A DNA stretch of 64,000 nucleotides from Rebecca billardiae RCC1528 (GCA_965240325.2 OZ251231.1:682001-746000); one strand, 5' to 3'. Positions 40,627 through 52,358 are shown, counted from the stretch's first letter. Notes: generated from the letters alone by a model not told the origin. A program made the numbers and translations.

Positions 40627-43206
40627 ATGGCGCCCCCGACGCAGACGTCTCGCAAGAGGGCCCTCCCACCAGCGATCCGCGCGCTGGACTTCGCGCAGGC
40701 GCGCGCTGATGAGCTCCTCGACGTGGCGCGCTCGCTCGAGGGCGAGCCACGCCCCAAGCGCCCTCGTCTCCTCCGCCGGCGCGCGCGCAGCCACGCGCCC
40801 AACATCTGGCTCGCCAAGTTTCGCACGCTGCGCGTCGCTCGCGCGCGCCGCGCGCTCCTGCGGCACGTCACGGACGAGCGGCTCGACGGCGAGGAGCGCA
40901 TCGACCGCAGACACGTGCCTCAGCGCCTGCCCACGCACGTGTGGCACGCCAAGCGCTTCCACATGCGCACGCTCGCGTGCGGCCTGCAGCTGCCCGAGCG
41001 CGCGTGCGATCGCGGCGCGCGCTCGGCGCTGCGCGCGGCGCTGCGCGGGGGCGCGCTGCTGCACGACCGGTCGTACGAGTGGGTGGTGGAGGTGCGTGGC
41101 TCCGCGCCCGCGCTTCGCGAGCTCCTCGAGCTCACCCTCATCGCCGAGCCCCCCGCCGACCTCGCCGCGGCCCAACGCGGCGAGCTCGCGCTGAGCGGGC
41201 TCCTGCACTGGCCGGGCGTGCACCCCGCCGGCCTTGTGGGCCCCGCATGCGCCGTGTGGCGTCCCGGGGCGGCGGGGCGCGAGGGGATGGACGACGGGCC
41301 AGCCGGCAGCGCGACGCTCGACGCGTGCGTCTGGGTGGCCGTGCACGCCGCCGCGTGGGGCGAGGCGGTGGGCGCGCTGCGCGCCGGCGCGCGCGCGTGC
41401 GCCGGTGGCGACGGTGGCGCGCCGCTCGGCGCGGACGGCGCGCCGCTCGTGGACGAGCGGCCGGTGGAGGTGTGCTGCTTCGACGTGCTCGGCATCGACG
41501 GCCACGGCCGGCTGATGCAGCTGCTCTCCGACTCAGGCGCGCGCGAGACCGCCGGCGTGGGCGCACAGGGCGGCCTGCTCGAGCGCGCCACCGCGGCGCG
41601 GCAGCCGCAGTCGGCCGTGCGCGCGCGTGCGGTGCTGTCCCTGGAGTGGCCGCTGCCCGCGCCGCGCGGCGTGGCGGAGACGCGTGACGGCCAGGGGCGC
41701 GAGGAGGGCGCAGGGTCGATCTGGGACGCGCACGTGCGGCGCGCGCTCGCGCGGCGGCGCTGCGCGGCCGCGTCGCGCCGCGCGCCAGCCCGGCCAGCGG
41801 CGGCCAGTGGCGACTCGCCTCGACCGCGCCAGTGTGCGCCTGTGCTGCTGATCCAGCTGCCCGCGGCGGCGGCGGCGGCGACGAGCGATCCAATCCGGGC
41901 GCGGCCGTGGCTCAACCGGCGAGCGCGCGCCGCGCTCTCCGGCTGGCGCGTGCTCGTGCCCACCGCGCTCGCGCGCGACGCGTGGCAGCAGCTCGTGCGC
42001 GCACGGCTGCGACCGGTGGGTGTGCTCGAGCTGCGCGCGCTTGCGCTGGAGTCGGGCGCGCATGCGTTTCCGGCCGATTTTCCGGAGGCGGCGGCCGCGG
42101 CGGCGGAGGCGGCGGCGGACAAGGCCGCCGGCGCCGCGCGGCACCGCGCACTGCCCCCGCGCGTGCGCCCCAACTACGCCGCGCTGCGCTCGGCGCACCC
42201 CTTCGGTCCGGACTGGGCTGCGGTCCTGAGCGGCGGCGGCGGAGCCGGCGCGCCCGGCGGCGGCGACGGCCGCGGCGGCGCGGCGCCACCGCCGCTCGCG
42301 GCGGCCAAGGCGGAGAACAGCGCGGCGCGGCGACGGCGACGGCGGGCTGAGGCGCGTGCCGCGCGCGAGCCCGCGCTCGCGCCGTCCGCCGCCGCCCCAG
42401 CCGCGCACGCCGACACCCCGGGAGGCACCGACGGCGGCAGTGGCGGCCAAACTGGCGGAGTTGGCGGCGGCCGGAGCGGCGGGGGCGAGGGCAACGGCCA
42501 TGGCGGCACGCCTCCGGTGCCGCCTGCGCACGCGCCCGGCGTCGCCGTCGCGGCCGCGGAGCCGGCGGGGCTGCCAGCGCACCTCATCCCGGCGGAGGCG
42601 CCGCCCGTCCCCGCCTTCATCGTGGTGCGCACGGCGGCACAGCTCAACGCTCTGCTCGCGCCCGCGGCGGCGGCGGCGCTCGACGGCCAGCCGCAGCCTG
42701 AGCTGCCTCTTTTCTGGCAGCCGATTGCACCGCACTGCCTGTGCGCGGTGCGCGTGCGGTACCTCGGCCGCGGCCGGCCGCGCGCGGGCTCGTTCGTGTG
42801 CGCGCCCTCGGACGCCGACCGCGCCGCCCTGCTGCCCGAGCACGCGCGCGCGCGCGCGGCCTCGCACGGCGCCAGCCCGTGGCAGGATGCGGCGCTGGAC
42901 GCCCGGGACGGCCGCAGCCGCGCACTCGTCGGCTTCCTCACGAGTGCGGGCATCTCCGAGCTGGGCGGCGCGGGTGTTGGCGTGGGCTGCGCGAGCGTGC
43001 AGGCGGTGCGCGAGATGTACGCGCGGGGCCTATCCCTCGGCGCGCCAAAGACGCCCACGCCTCGCGCCCACACGGCCGCCGCTGGCCAGCCGCCTGGCCA
43101 GCCGCCGCCGGCACCGCCGCCGCCCCTGCTCGCGCTTGTGCGCACGCCCACGTCCGCTGCCTTCCGGCCAGTGGCGCTGCAGATCATCATGTGCAGTAGT
43201 AGTTAG
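40627..43206 (+). CDS. POP1: RNase P/MRP subunit POP1
   Basis: RRRARSH, RLPTHVWHAKRFHM, LHDRSY, GWRVLVP, FPADFP, LPPRVRPNY and VGFLTS motifs. Confidence 0.9.
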   Translation: MAPPTQTSRKRALPPAIRALDFAQARADELLDVARSLEGEPRPKRPRLLRRRARSHAPNIWLAKFRTLRVARARRALLRHVTDERLDGEERIDRRHVPQRLPTHVWHAKRFHMRTLACGLQLPERACDRGARSALRAALRGGALLHDRSYEWVVEVRGSAPALRELLELTLIAEPPADLAAAQRGELALSGLLHWPGVHPAGLVGPACAVWRPGAAGREGMDDGPAGSATLDACVWVAVHAAAWGEAVGALRAGARACAGGDGGAPLGADGAPLVDERPVEVCCFDVLGIDGHGRLMQLLSDSGARETAGVGAQGGLLERATAARQPQSAVRARAVLSLEWPLPAPRGVAETRDGQGREEGAGSIWDAHVRRALARRRCAAASRRAPARPAAASGDSPRPRQCAPVLLIQLPAAAAAATSDPIRARPWLNRRARAALSGWRVLVPTALARDAWQQLVRARLRPVGVLELRALALESGAHAFPADFPEAAAAAAEAAADKAAGAARHRALPPRVRPNYAALRSAHPFGPDWAAVLSGGGGAGAPGGGDGRGGAAPPPLAAAKAENSAARRRRRRAEARAAREPALAPSAAAPAAHADTPGGTDGGSGGQTGGVGGGRSGGGEGNGHGGTPPVPPAHAPGVAVAAAEPAGLPAHLIPAEAPPVPAFIVVRTAAQLNALLAPAAAAALDGQPQPELPLFWQPIAPHCLCAVRVRYLGRGRPRAGSFVCAPSDADRAALLPEHARARAASHGASPWQDAALDARDGRSRALVGFLTSAGISELGGAGVGVGCASVQAVREMYARGLSLGAPKTPTPRAHTAAAGQPPGQPPPAPPPPLLALVRTPTSAAFRPVALQIIMCSSS

Positions 43207-43574
43207 TGTAGTTATGCAGCAGAGTCTCAACTGACGCTGCTGCTGTCATCAGCAGCAGCAAACCGTGACTCCGAGCATCAGCGCCGCGCAGCCAGCGGCG
43301 GATGTACAAAAGTAGGGCCGGGCCGCCACCGGCGGTCGACGGAGACGTCAGACTCAGAGTCCCGGTCCGAACGACCGAACTCCGAAGCCTGACGACGTAG
43401 CCTGACGAGTGCGGAGTGTCGTCCTGACGAGCTGACGACTCCGCGACACTGGAGTCGACGCCGACGGGCGGCGCGGCAATAAAGAAAAAAGCGCCGTGAA
43501 CCGAAACTCACATGGCGCGCGTAGCCGCACGAGCGGGACCAAAGGCCACCGCCACCGACTGCCAGGGCGAGGGG

Positions 43575-44971
43575 CTATTCCACCACCGACGACGACGCCT
43601 CGGCGGGGCCGCGGTGGCCAGATTCGCGCCCTTCGCGCGGCGACTCTCGCGGCACAGCGAGGCCGTGTTCGGGGTGAGCTCCGGCATCAGGCCCCGCGAC
43701 GGGCCGGGGTGGACTTGCCTGCGCGGGCGCATCGCTGCCGCGCGGCGGTCCGGCGTCGGCCGCAGACGGCACAGCCGCGGGCAACGCCGAGCTCGCACCT
43801 CGCTCCGCGCCCGGAGACGCCAGCGGCACGATGCGATCGCCCTGCAGATGCGTGGGCGAGCCTCCGCCCTCGCGGCCGTCCGGCCGCGCCTCGTGCGGCC
43901 TGTCGACGGGTGCGAGTGGCGGCGGCACAGGCGCAGCCTCGCCCACCGGCGGTGCGGGCGGCGCGGCCTGCGCGGCTGGCCGCTCGCCGACGTGCTCCCC
44001 GCCACCGCCAGCGGCCTCGCCGCCGTCACCGCCGCCGCCACCGCCGCCGCCTGGCAGCTGGTGCTGCTCGCGTGGCGCGCCGCCGGCCGGCGGCGCCGGG
44101 CTTATGGGCGCCAATTCGTGCGGCGGGCTGCCGCCTTCCACCGCGGGGAGCTCCGCCGGCACCGTGTCGCCCTGCGACGCGCGGTACCCCGCCGCCTCGA
44201 ACGTGATCATCTTTCGCCTCATCTCCTCGAAGCCGGCGCCGACTCTGACCGGTGACTGCAGCTGCTCAGTGATCGCCGGAAGCATCGCCTTCGTGCGCGG
44301 CGAGTCGTCGTACGAGCGCGGCTTCTCGCCCGGGTCGACGCGGTCGATGGTGATGCCCGGCTTTGTCACCGAGCAGCACGGGCACGGCATGCCCAGCGCC
44401 AGCGGAAGCGAGCGCTCCGCGATCGAATCGAGCACGATGCCATGCCTCTTGCCGTACTCGGCGACGCAGTAGTCGCACACGTACTCCGAGCAGCAGGACA
44501 TCCGGTTGATCGACTTGAAGTAGAGCATGCACAACGGGCAGTAATACCGGAACACGTCCGCGTCCGCGCCTGACGGCGTCTCCGCCATCGCCACATCCGT
44601 GCGCGAGCCGCCGAGCTCGATGGAGAGCTCCCCGCCAAACGGGTGCGGACGCCCGGCGTGGTGCGGCGGTGGGGTGGCGAACTCCGGGAGCGGATCGACG
44701 GGTGGCTGTCGGTCGGCCACAGGGGCGGCCTGCGCGAGCAGGCGCAGCGAGCGACCCGCGCACGCACGCGCGGTCAGCACGCCTGCGAGCGCGTGCAGGC
44801 GCGCCCGCGGCGCAGGCGATCAACGCACGCGCGCGCGCGCACCCTGGCCTGGTCGACGATCGGCTCGGCCAAGACTCGGCGCTGCGGCCCACGTTCGTGT
44901 GGCCCGACCTTGTCGGCTCCGCCGCCCCTTCGCTTCCACCACTTGTGCTGCAAGCATGGGGCGCACGGCAT
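43575..44971 (-). CDS. RING-type zinc finger protein (probable short first exon from ATG 44971)
   Basis: YYCPLCMLYF..SCCSEYVCDYC..CPCC in ORF 43575-44780. Confidence 0.65.
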
Positions 44972-45172
44972 GGCACACCAGGCCGCTCCCAGCCAGACGG
45001 AGGGGGCGGCAAGAAGCCACCCTCAAACTGGCGGCTTGCGCACGCACGCGTGAGATGGCCATCTCAAAATAATGACGGGCGGAAGGCTTGGAGCGGAAGC
45101 CCAACATTTACTTACTATACTTACTCTGAACAGGGGGGTATTCACGGCCATTAATCATTGGGCGGTTTACGG

Positions 45173-45222
45173 TTTTAAATTCCCCTTTATAACGGTCTCC
45201 GGGTGATCAGACTGGCGGCCGA
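45173..45222 (+). repeat. Dispersed repeat B, copy 3
   Basis: ttttaaattcccctttataacggtctccgggtgatcagactggcggccga. Confidence 0.9.
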
Positions 45223-45369
45223 AGCCTCCAGCCCTACCCTGGCCAGCCCCCAACCAACCACCACCCTCACGGTCATACCAAGGAGACTTAAAAAATTGGG
45301 TTATTTGTAAGACCCCTTGGTCATACGGCCTCATGAAGATAGTAGCAATCAACATAGTAGTAGGCGGTG

Positions 45370-47250
45370 ATGAACAGGCACGGCGAGAACCCCATCGAGT
45401 GTGATCACGCCGGCTGCACCAAGGTGCCCCACTTCGGCATGACGGGCGACGCGCACGCCAGCCTGTGCGCTGCGCACAAGCTGGCCGGCATGGTCGACGT
45501 GAAGCACCCCAAGTGTGATCACGTGGGCTGCACCACGGTGCCTTCGTTCGGCATGCCGGGCGACGCGCGCGCCAGCCGGTGCGCTGAGCACAAGCTGGCG
45601 GGCATGGTCAACGCGAAGCACCCTGGATGTGATCACGTCGGCTGCAACAAGCAGCCTTCGTTCGGCATGCCGGGCGACGCGCGCGGCAGCCGGTGCGCTG
45701 CGCACAAGCTGGCCAGCATGGTCGACATGAAGCACCCCAAGTGTGATCACGCCGGCTCCACCAAGGTGCCTTCGTTCGGAATGCCGGGCGACGCGCGCGC
45801 CAGCCGGTGCGCTGCGCACAAGCTGGCCGGCATGGTCGACGTGAAGCACCCCAAGTGTGATCACGTGGGCTGCACCACGGTGCCTTCGTTCGGCATGCCG
45901 GGCGACGCGTGCGCCAGCCGGTGCGCTGAGCACAAGCTGGCCGGCATGGTCGACGTGAAGAACCCCAAGTGTTATCACGTCGGCTGCACCAAGCGGCCTT
46001 CGTTCGGCATGCCGGGCGACGCGCGCGCCAGCCGGTGCGCTGAGCACAAGCTGGCCGGCATGGTCGACGTGGTGAGCCGCAAGTGTGATCACGTCGGCTG
46101 CACCAAGATGCCTCACTTCGGCATGCCGGGCGACGCGCGCGCCAGCCGGTGCGCTGAGCACAAGCTGGCCGACATGGTCGACGTGAAGAACCCCAAGTGT
46201 GATCACGTCGGCTGCACCAAGCGGCCTTCGTTCGGCATGCCGGGCGACGCGCGCGCCAGCCGGTGCGCTGAGCACAAGCTGGCCGGCATGGTCGACGTGA
46301 AGCACCCCACGTGTGATCACGTAGGCTGCACCAAGGTGCCTTCGTTCGGCATGCCAGGCGACGCGCGCGCCAGCCGGTGCGCTGAGCACAAGCTGGCCGG
46401 CATGGTCGACGTGCAGCACCCCAAGTGTGATCACGCCAGCTGCACCAAGCGGCCTTCGTTCGGCATGCCGGGCGATGCGCGCGCCAGCCGGTGCGCTGCG
46501 CACAAGCTGGCCGGCATGGTCGACGTGAAGAGCCGCAAGTGTGATCACATCGGCTGCACCAAGATGCCTCACTTCGGCATGCCAGGCGACGCGCGCGCCA
46601 GCCGGTGCGCTGAGCACAAGCTGGCCGGCATGGTCGACGTGAAGCACCCCACGTGTGATCACGCCGGCTGCACCACGGTGCCTTCGTTCGGCATGCCGGG
46701 CGACGCGCGCGTCAGCCGGTGTGCTGCGCACAAGCTTGCCGGCATGGTTAACAGCCAGCTCGCCGTCCACAAGCGCAGGCTGGAGCATGGCACCGGCGAC
46801 CAGGGCACGCGTGCTGCGAAGCGACAGCACACGCACGCGAGCCGCATTGCCGCTTTATCGGACGCTGCGCCGCAGCTTTCCTCACCGCCGCCGCTGGTCG
46901 AAGTCAGCATCGTCCGCTGGCGCTCGCCAGATGGCAAGATCCATTCGGTTGACGACGGGGTGGTCGATGATGGTGCCTGGGCCCTGGACGAGCGGCATCA
47001 GCGTGGCAATGCCGATGATGCCGCCATCTGGGCTGCCCCTGGCATGAGTGGCAGCTACGACCAGGGACTACCAGCAGGCATCAACACTACCGCTGCGCCA
47101 GCACTACCATCATCCTCGATTACGATGGCGGCGGTCCGAGCACGACTCCAGCAGCCACGGCCACAGGTCGTACCCGTGGACGTGGTGATGGCGAGGAGGG
47201 CCCGGGTCGATGCTGGTGACTGCAGCGGCACAGCAGCGCGTATATACTAG
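45370..47250 (+). CDS. EsV-1-7-type cysteine-rich repeat protein with 12 repeats of 38 aa
   Basis: Repeat CDHxGCTKxPSFGMPGDARASRCAEHKLAGMVDVKxPK (114-bp unit) from ~45400 to ~46750. Confidence 0.85.
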   Translation: MNRHGENPIECDHAGCTKVPHFGMTGDAHASLCAAHKLAGMVDVKHPKCDHVGCTTVPSFGMPGDARASRCAEHKLAGMVNAKHPGCDHVGCNKQPSFGMPGDARGSRCAAHKLASMVDMKHPKCDHAGSTKVPSFGMPGDARASRCAAHKLAGMVDVKHPKCDHVGCTTVPSFGMPGDACASRCAEHKLAGMVDVKNPKCYHVGCTKRPSFGMPGDARASRCAEHKLAGMVDVVSRKCDHVGCTKMPHFGMPGDARASRCAEHKLADMVDVKNPKCDHVGCTKRPSFGMPGDARASRCAEHKLAGMVDVKHPTCDHVGCTKVPSFGMPGDARASRCAEHKLAGMVDVQHPKCDHASCTKRPSFGMPGDARASRCAAHKLAGMVDVKSRKCDHIGCTKMPHFGMPGDARASRCAEHKLAGMVDVKHPTCDHAGCTTVPSFGMPGDARVSRCAAHKLAGMVNSQLAVHKRRLEHGTGDQGTRAAKRQHTHASRIAALSDAAPQLSSPPPLVEVSIVRWRSPDGKIHSVDDGVVDDGAWALDERHQRGNADDAAIWAAPGMSGSYDQGLPAGINTTAAPALPSSSITMAAVRARLQQPRPQVVPVDVVMARRARVDAGDCSGTAARIY

Positions 47251-49091
47251 CTAGCTACTTTTAACACTATTATCTAGGCGAAGAGTACTCTCTAAGACCG
47301 AGGCTACAAGTTTGTCTGACTACTGTTAGCTCACCGGACGCAGATAATCAATCAAATCGGCATAATATCGGCGTCACGGCGCGGAGGGCGCCGGAGAGAG
47401 CTGCGGAGCCGTCCGCGACGGCCCCGGGCCCGCGGTCCACGGACTAGCAGGCAGAGTGGCGGCAACACTGACCAATCGTAGAAATACCATACGGGTCAAC
47501 TGCACAGATCATCGAGGGGGTCGCGACGGCTCGTAAGCGGACGAGCATGAGCACCAGCTGGGGGTCGCCGCGACGGCGCACGATGCCTTTGCTGAATTCA
47601 CCCGGTCGCGGGACACCGTTCGTCTGCGCACGCGCCAGGACGCGCTTCTCGCCGTCTTCGCCTTGTTTCATGAGTGCCGCGCACACGACTGAACGCCAGC
47701 GTTTCAAGCCTTAAGAGGCCAGACGCGTGCGCAGACTCAGAGGAAGGGCAGACTCCGAGGGCAAGCGCGCAACGTGGGTAAGTCGCAGAGCAACCGTCCA
47801 AGCTGTTTTACATGTTTTCTTCGTGCGCGCGTCTCTGAGCTCGATTCTCATGCCTCAGCCAGTGCTAGGGTCCATTGGACAGGCCGCCAGCCCGCCAAGC
47901 GCAACGCGGAGACGGGCGCGCCGCGCAGAAAGCGTGCTGCGGGCGCCGGGGCCGCTCGGCCGCACGCCTATGTAGTATTAATCATCAAGGCGGCTGTATT
48001 TCGTCATGCAACTTTAATTGAACTTATTCTGGAAACCCACGAGAACAAAGGCACGACTTCACGCTGGGGACCAGCCCGTCGCGGGCCTTTATTTGACGCC
48101 CACTCACGTGTCGGTCACATAAGCGCAATTCGCGTACCCGCTTACGCGCGCGATAGGGCAAAAGCCGCTCGTCGTTCAGTCAAAAACCGCTCGTCGTTCG
48201 GCGCTTTGCGTGCTCACATTCGCGCGAATCGCATCGGCCCATTATTCGTCGTGTCGCGAGTTCACACATTTCACGAGCGAAAGGGCGCGTTGATAGAGGC
48301 ACGCGGGTATCATCTTGCATTGGACTACGAGCATCGGAGCAACCTCGCGCGGCCTCGCGTCGACGACGTCCCGTGAAGGACGCCACGACGACAGGCGGGT
48401 GAGCCCACTGCGGCGCCAAGCGAGCGACGCGGGGCGCGCGGCGGGCGCACGCGCGAGGCTGCCCACCACGCGCACGCGCGCGAACCCGCCGGCTCGGGCG
48501 ACACGCGCCGCCTCAGCTCGAGCACGAGCGCGAGGCGTGGCGCCGGCTCGCCGTGGCGGCGGAGGGCTCGACCTGCATTGCGCGCGACGAGCGGCTCGCC
48601 TGCGGTGCCAGCGGATGAAGCGGCAAGCCCGGCGGGCGCATACGCGCAGGTCCGCCCTCCACGCGCGAGCGCGCGACTGCGTGTTCCACGAGCTGCAGCA
48701 GGCGGCCGCGGGCTGGTCGGCGGCCGGCGAGGTCGGCGGAGTGCCGCCCGGCCCGCGTTCTCGCTTGGGCGCGGGCCACACTCTCACTCACAGCGCGGGG
48801 CGTGGTGCTGCAGACGGGCCGGTCATTGCAGCGCGCACTCCGTGGTCAGACGTGCACACGCGCGCGCGTCGTCAGCCCCGCCGCTGCGCCCCTGTGGCGC
48901 CCTTGGCAGCGTCGGAATTCCGAGCTCGAAGCCACCGGCCGCGAGCTGCCATCGTGCGTTTCAGAAACAGGTTTCCAGCCCAAGTTGACGCGCAGCGCCA
49001 ACCCATATTGGATTCTCCGATTCTCCGCCCCCAGCTGCAGCTGGGCAAGGCCGAGCCGAGCGAGCGGGAGGGGTTGCTCAGCCCTGCAACC

Positions 49092-51794
49092 TCAGCCGAG
49101 AGAGGTGGCATTGCCACCTCTCGCGCGAGTTGGGGAAACGTTGAGTTCCCGAGTTTTTACACGGGGCGGCAATTTCTGGCGCGCGCAATCTTCCGATTTT
49201 AAGGCGGTGGGTGGCGCCGCCGCCGTCGCGCTCTCGACGCGCGCGAGCTGCGCGCGCGCGGCGGCGGTTTTGGCCGCGCGGCACTGGGCCGGCTGGGTCC
49301 GCGCGGCCGAGGAGGCCACTCTTGCCGCGGTGGTCGTGGCGCGGGGACGTCCCCGCCGCTCGCCAACCTCCCGCGAGCGCCTCGCGCCGCCTCGCGCCGC
49401 CTTCACGCCATCTCCGCGCGCCAACTGCACGCTCTGGACGCCTCGGCGGCAGAGCCGCGCGCGGCGCGGTTGTGTGCCGTGTAGACTGGGCCCATGCGCG
49501 TCCGCTGTCGGTGCGCCCCGGCCACGCACGCGCGCAGCCCAGACCTCTCGCCTCACGCGTCGCCGCCGAGCGCGGCTGTGCACCTCAGTCTGCCGTGGTG
49601 CCGCGCGCGCGGCCGAGCGAGCAGGCGGCGCGTTGTGGAGCGTGTGACGCACGAGACGGGAAGGCGTCCGAGCGTCCGAGCCACCGCCGACCGGCGGCGC
49701 GCACGCGATTGGCTTGAGCCATCGGCGCCGACGGCGCGCGCGCGCTGAGCCAGCTGAAGGCTTGTGCGCCATGGCACGGCAGCCGCCAATCGCGGCCTGC
49801 GGCCGTACTGTGCGGCAGGCGCGCTCGGTGCGGGCGCTTCGGGGCGTGGCCTCACGAGACCGGAGCCCCTGGAAGCGCGACGCCTATGAGCTCGCCCCGG
49901 CCTGAGTGAGCGCGCATCTGTCAGTGATCGGCACACGCAGCAGCACGGGGTGGCCGTCGTCATGAGCCATGGCCTTGACACGGCCGCGCTGAGCGCGCCA
50001 CGACACACCGCACGGCGCCGCGTGAAGAGTAGATGTATGACCCCCGGCACTTACCTTGGCCCGTGTGCTCTTGCGCGCACGCACGCGAGCACTCGCATGC
50101 TGCCGCGCACCTGCCTCAACGCGTTTCATCTGAGCGTCTGTCCGATGCCAGCCACGTGCTTCCATTGACAGAGAGAGTGACTATACCAGTCAGAAGTCGT
50201 AATCCTCCAGTTGAACCGCACAGTTCCATGGTTGCAGTGCTGCTGGTCCGCTGACTCCGAGGTGGGCGCGCCACGGCAGCTCTCTCTCTCACGGCGCACG
50301 GTCCTTGTGCGCCGGGAGCAGCCGCGTCTGCGCAGACCGACTGCTTACCAGGAAGTTTGAGACTGTATCTCCTTCCATCCCAGCTGCTGCAACGTCTACC
50401 ACGGCTGGTAGCCTGCTGACCCAGACGACCAGCGAGCAAGTATGTCTCCTCGGTGAGCGCGAGCGAGCGCTGCTGCTGACACTCGATTCGTGCGCACACG
50501 CGCCCGCCCGACGCACTCTCACGTTGGCCCGAGGTGGCGTGTGCGCGCGCCCACGCGCGATGATGCCAACTGCTGCTCAGGTCATCCGACTACATGGGCT
50601 GAATAGTGGGTCGTGCTACCTGGCCGCGCGGCGCTCGAAGCTCGCGTTTCTGGCTGACACGAGCGCTTCAAGGTGTCAGCGTAGGTGAAGGGTGGGATAC
50701 TGGGATCCCAGCCTTCTGCCGGTACGGAGACAGCGCACACGCACGCGTGGCGCCTGCGCCGCCGGCCATCGCACACAGCCCTGCTGAATGGTCTCGCATG
50801 CGCCAGCATGACCGTGCACGCCTAGCGCCGCACCATGCAGGTGAGAACTTCAAAAGTGCGCATGCTCGCTTGTTCTTTGTGCCTGGTCGACACCCAGCGT
50901 GGGAGCGCTCAGCGCGGAGCTCATGACGACGGCCACCCCGTGCTGCTGCGTGTGCCGATCACTGACAGATGCGCGCTCACTCAGGCCGGGGCGAGCTCAT
51001 AGGCGTCGCGCTTCCAGGGGCTCCGGTCTCGTGAGGCCACGCCCCGAAGCGCCCGCACCGAGCGCGCCTGCCGCACAGTACGGCCGCAGGCCGCGATTGG
51101 CGGCTGCCGTGCCATGGCGCACAAGCCTTCAGCTGGCTCAGCGCGCGCGCGCCGTCGGCGCCGATGGCTCAAGCCAATCGCGTGCGCGCCGCCGGTCGGC
51201 GGTGGCTCGGACGCTCGGACGCCTTCCCGTCTCGTGCGTCACACGCTCCACAACGCGCCGCCTGCTCGCTCGGCCGCGCGCGCGGCACCACGGCAGACTG
51301 AGGTGCACAGCCGTGCTCGGCGGCGACGCGTGAGGCGAGAGGTCTGGGCTGCGCGCGTGCGTGGCCGGGGCGCACCGACAGCGGACGCGCATGGGCCCAG
51401 TCTACACGGCACACAACCGCGCCGCGAGCGGCTCTGCCGCCGAGGCGTCCAGAGCGTGCAGTTGGCGCGCGGAGATGGCGTGAAGGCGGCGCGAGGCGGC
51501 GCGAGGCGCTCGCGGGAGGTTGGCGAGCGGCGGGGACGTCCCCGCGCCACGACCACCGCGGCAAGAGTGGCCTCCTCGGCCGTGCGGACCCAGCCGGCCC
51601 AGTGCCGCGCGGCCAAAACCGCCGCCGCGCGCGCGCAGCTCGCGCGCGTCGAGAGCGCGACGGCGGCGGCGCCACCCACCGCCTTAAAATCGGAAGATTG
51701 CGCGCGCCAGAAATTGCCGCCCCGTGTAAAAACTCGGGAACTCAACGTTTCCCCAACTCGCGCGAGAGGTGGCAATGCCACCTCTCTCGGCTGA
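49092..51794. mobile_element. Non-autonomous foldback DNA transposon, ~876-bp TIRs, 4-bp TSD AACC
   Basis: Arms 49092-49967 and 50919-51794 are near-identical reverse complements; ends TCAGCCGAG...CTCGGCTGA; AACC at 49088-49091 and 51795-51798. Confidence 0.9.
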
Positions 51795-52310
51795 AACCGC
51801 CTCTGACCTTGGGCAGCAGCCATACATGCAGGCCAGCATGAGCGGCGGGGTGGCATCAGAGCCGGCCCCGGCCCGCAAACGCAAACAGCCGGACGCCCCG
51901 GCCCACACAGCTGATGCGCCAGCAAACCCTGCTCCGGGCCACAGAACCCTGCCGCCGGCTTTGAGGCCGACACGCCACACTGGGGCACATATCACCTGAG
52001 GGCCGGGCCTTCTGTGTGATAAGCTACCCCAGTCATGCCGCTTGATACACACCTTCCCCAACTGACAGTGGGGCTCTACATTCCCTACTACATCCTCATC
52101 CTGTCGGCGCGCTGTCGCATCGGCGCCCAGTCGGCGAGTTCGGACGACGACGTTTTGTGGACGACGGTGGGGCGAGGACGACGGGCGCTGGCGCGCCGCG
52201 AGGCGGCCGCAGCCCTCATCCAGGCCTCGCAGGCGGACGGCTGAACGAATTTTTCCGGCGGCGCTACCATCGGCGACGGCTTCATGGGCGGTGACAGTTG
52301 GCGGGCGTCA

Positions 52311-52358
52311 ATCTCGCCTGCCTGAGCTGTGTGCGTCTCTTATTCTTAGTAAACTGTA
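52311..52358 (+). repeat. Dispersed repeat A copy at the 5' end of the pyruvyltransferase gene
   Basis: Identical to 31172-31219. Confidence 0.9.

Noticed and set aside
45400-46750. Regular 114-bp repeat array as a possible CRISPR array
   Set aside because: Units are in-frame coding repeats with no unique spacers, there are no cas genes, and the context is eukaryotic.
45349-46836. 495-aa antisense ORF
   Set aside because: It mirrors the EsV-1-7 repeat gene and has no independent coding signal.
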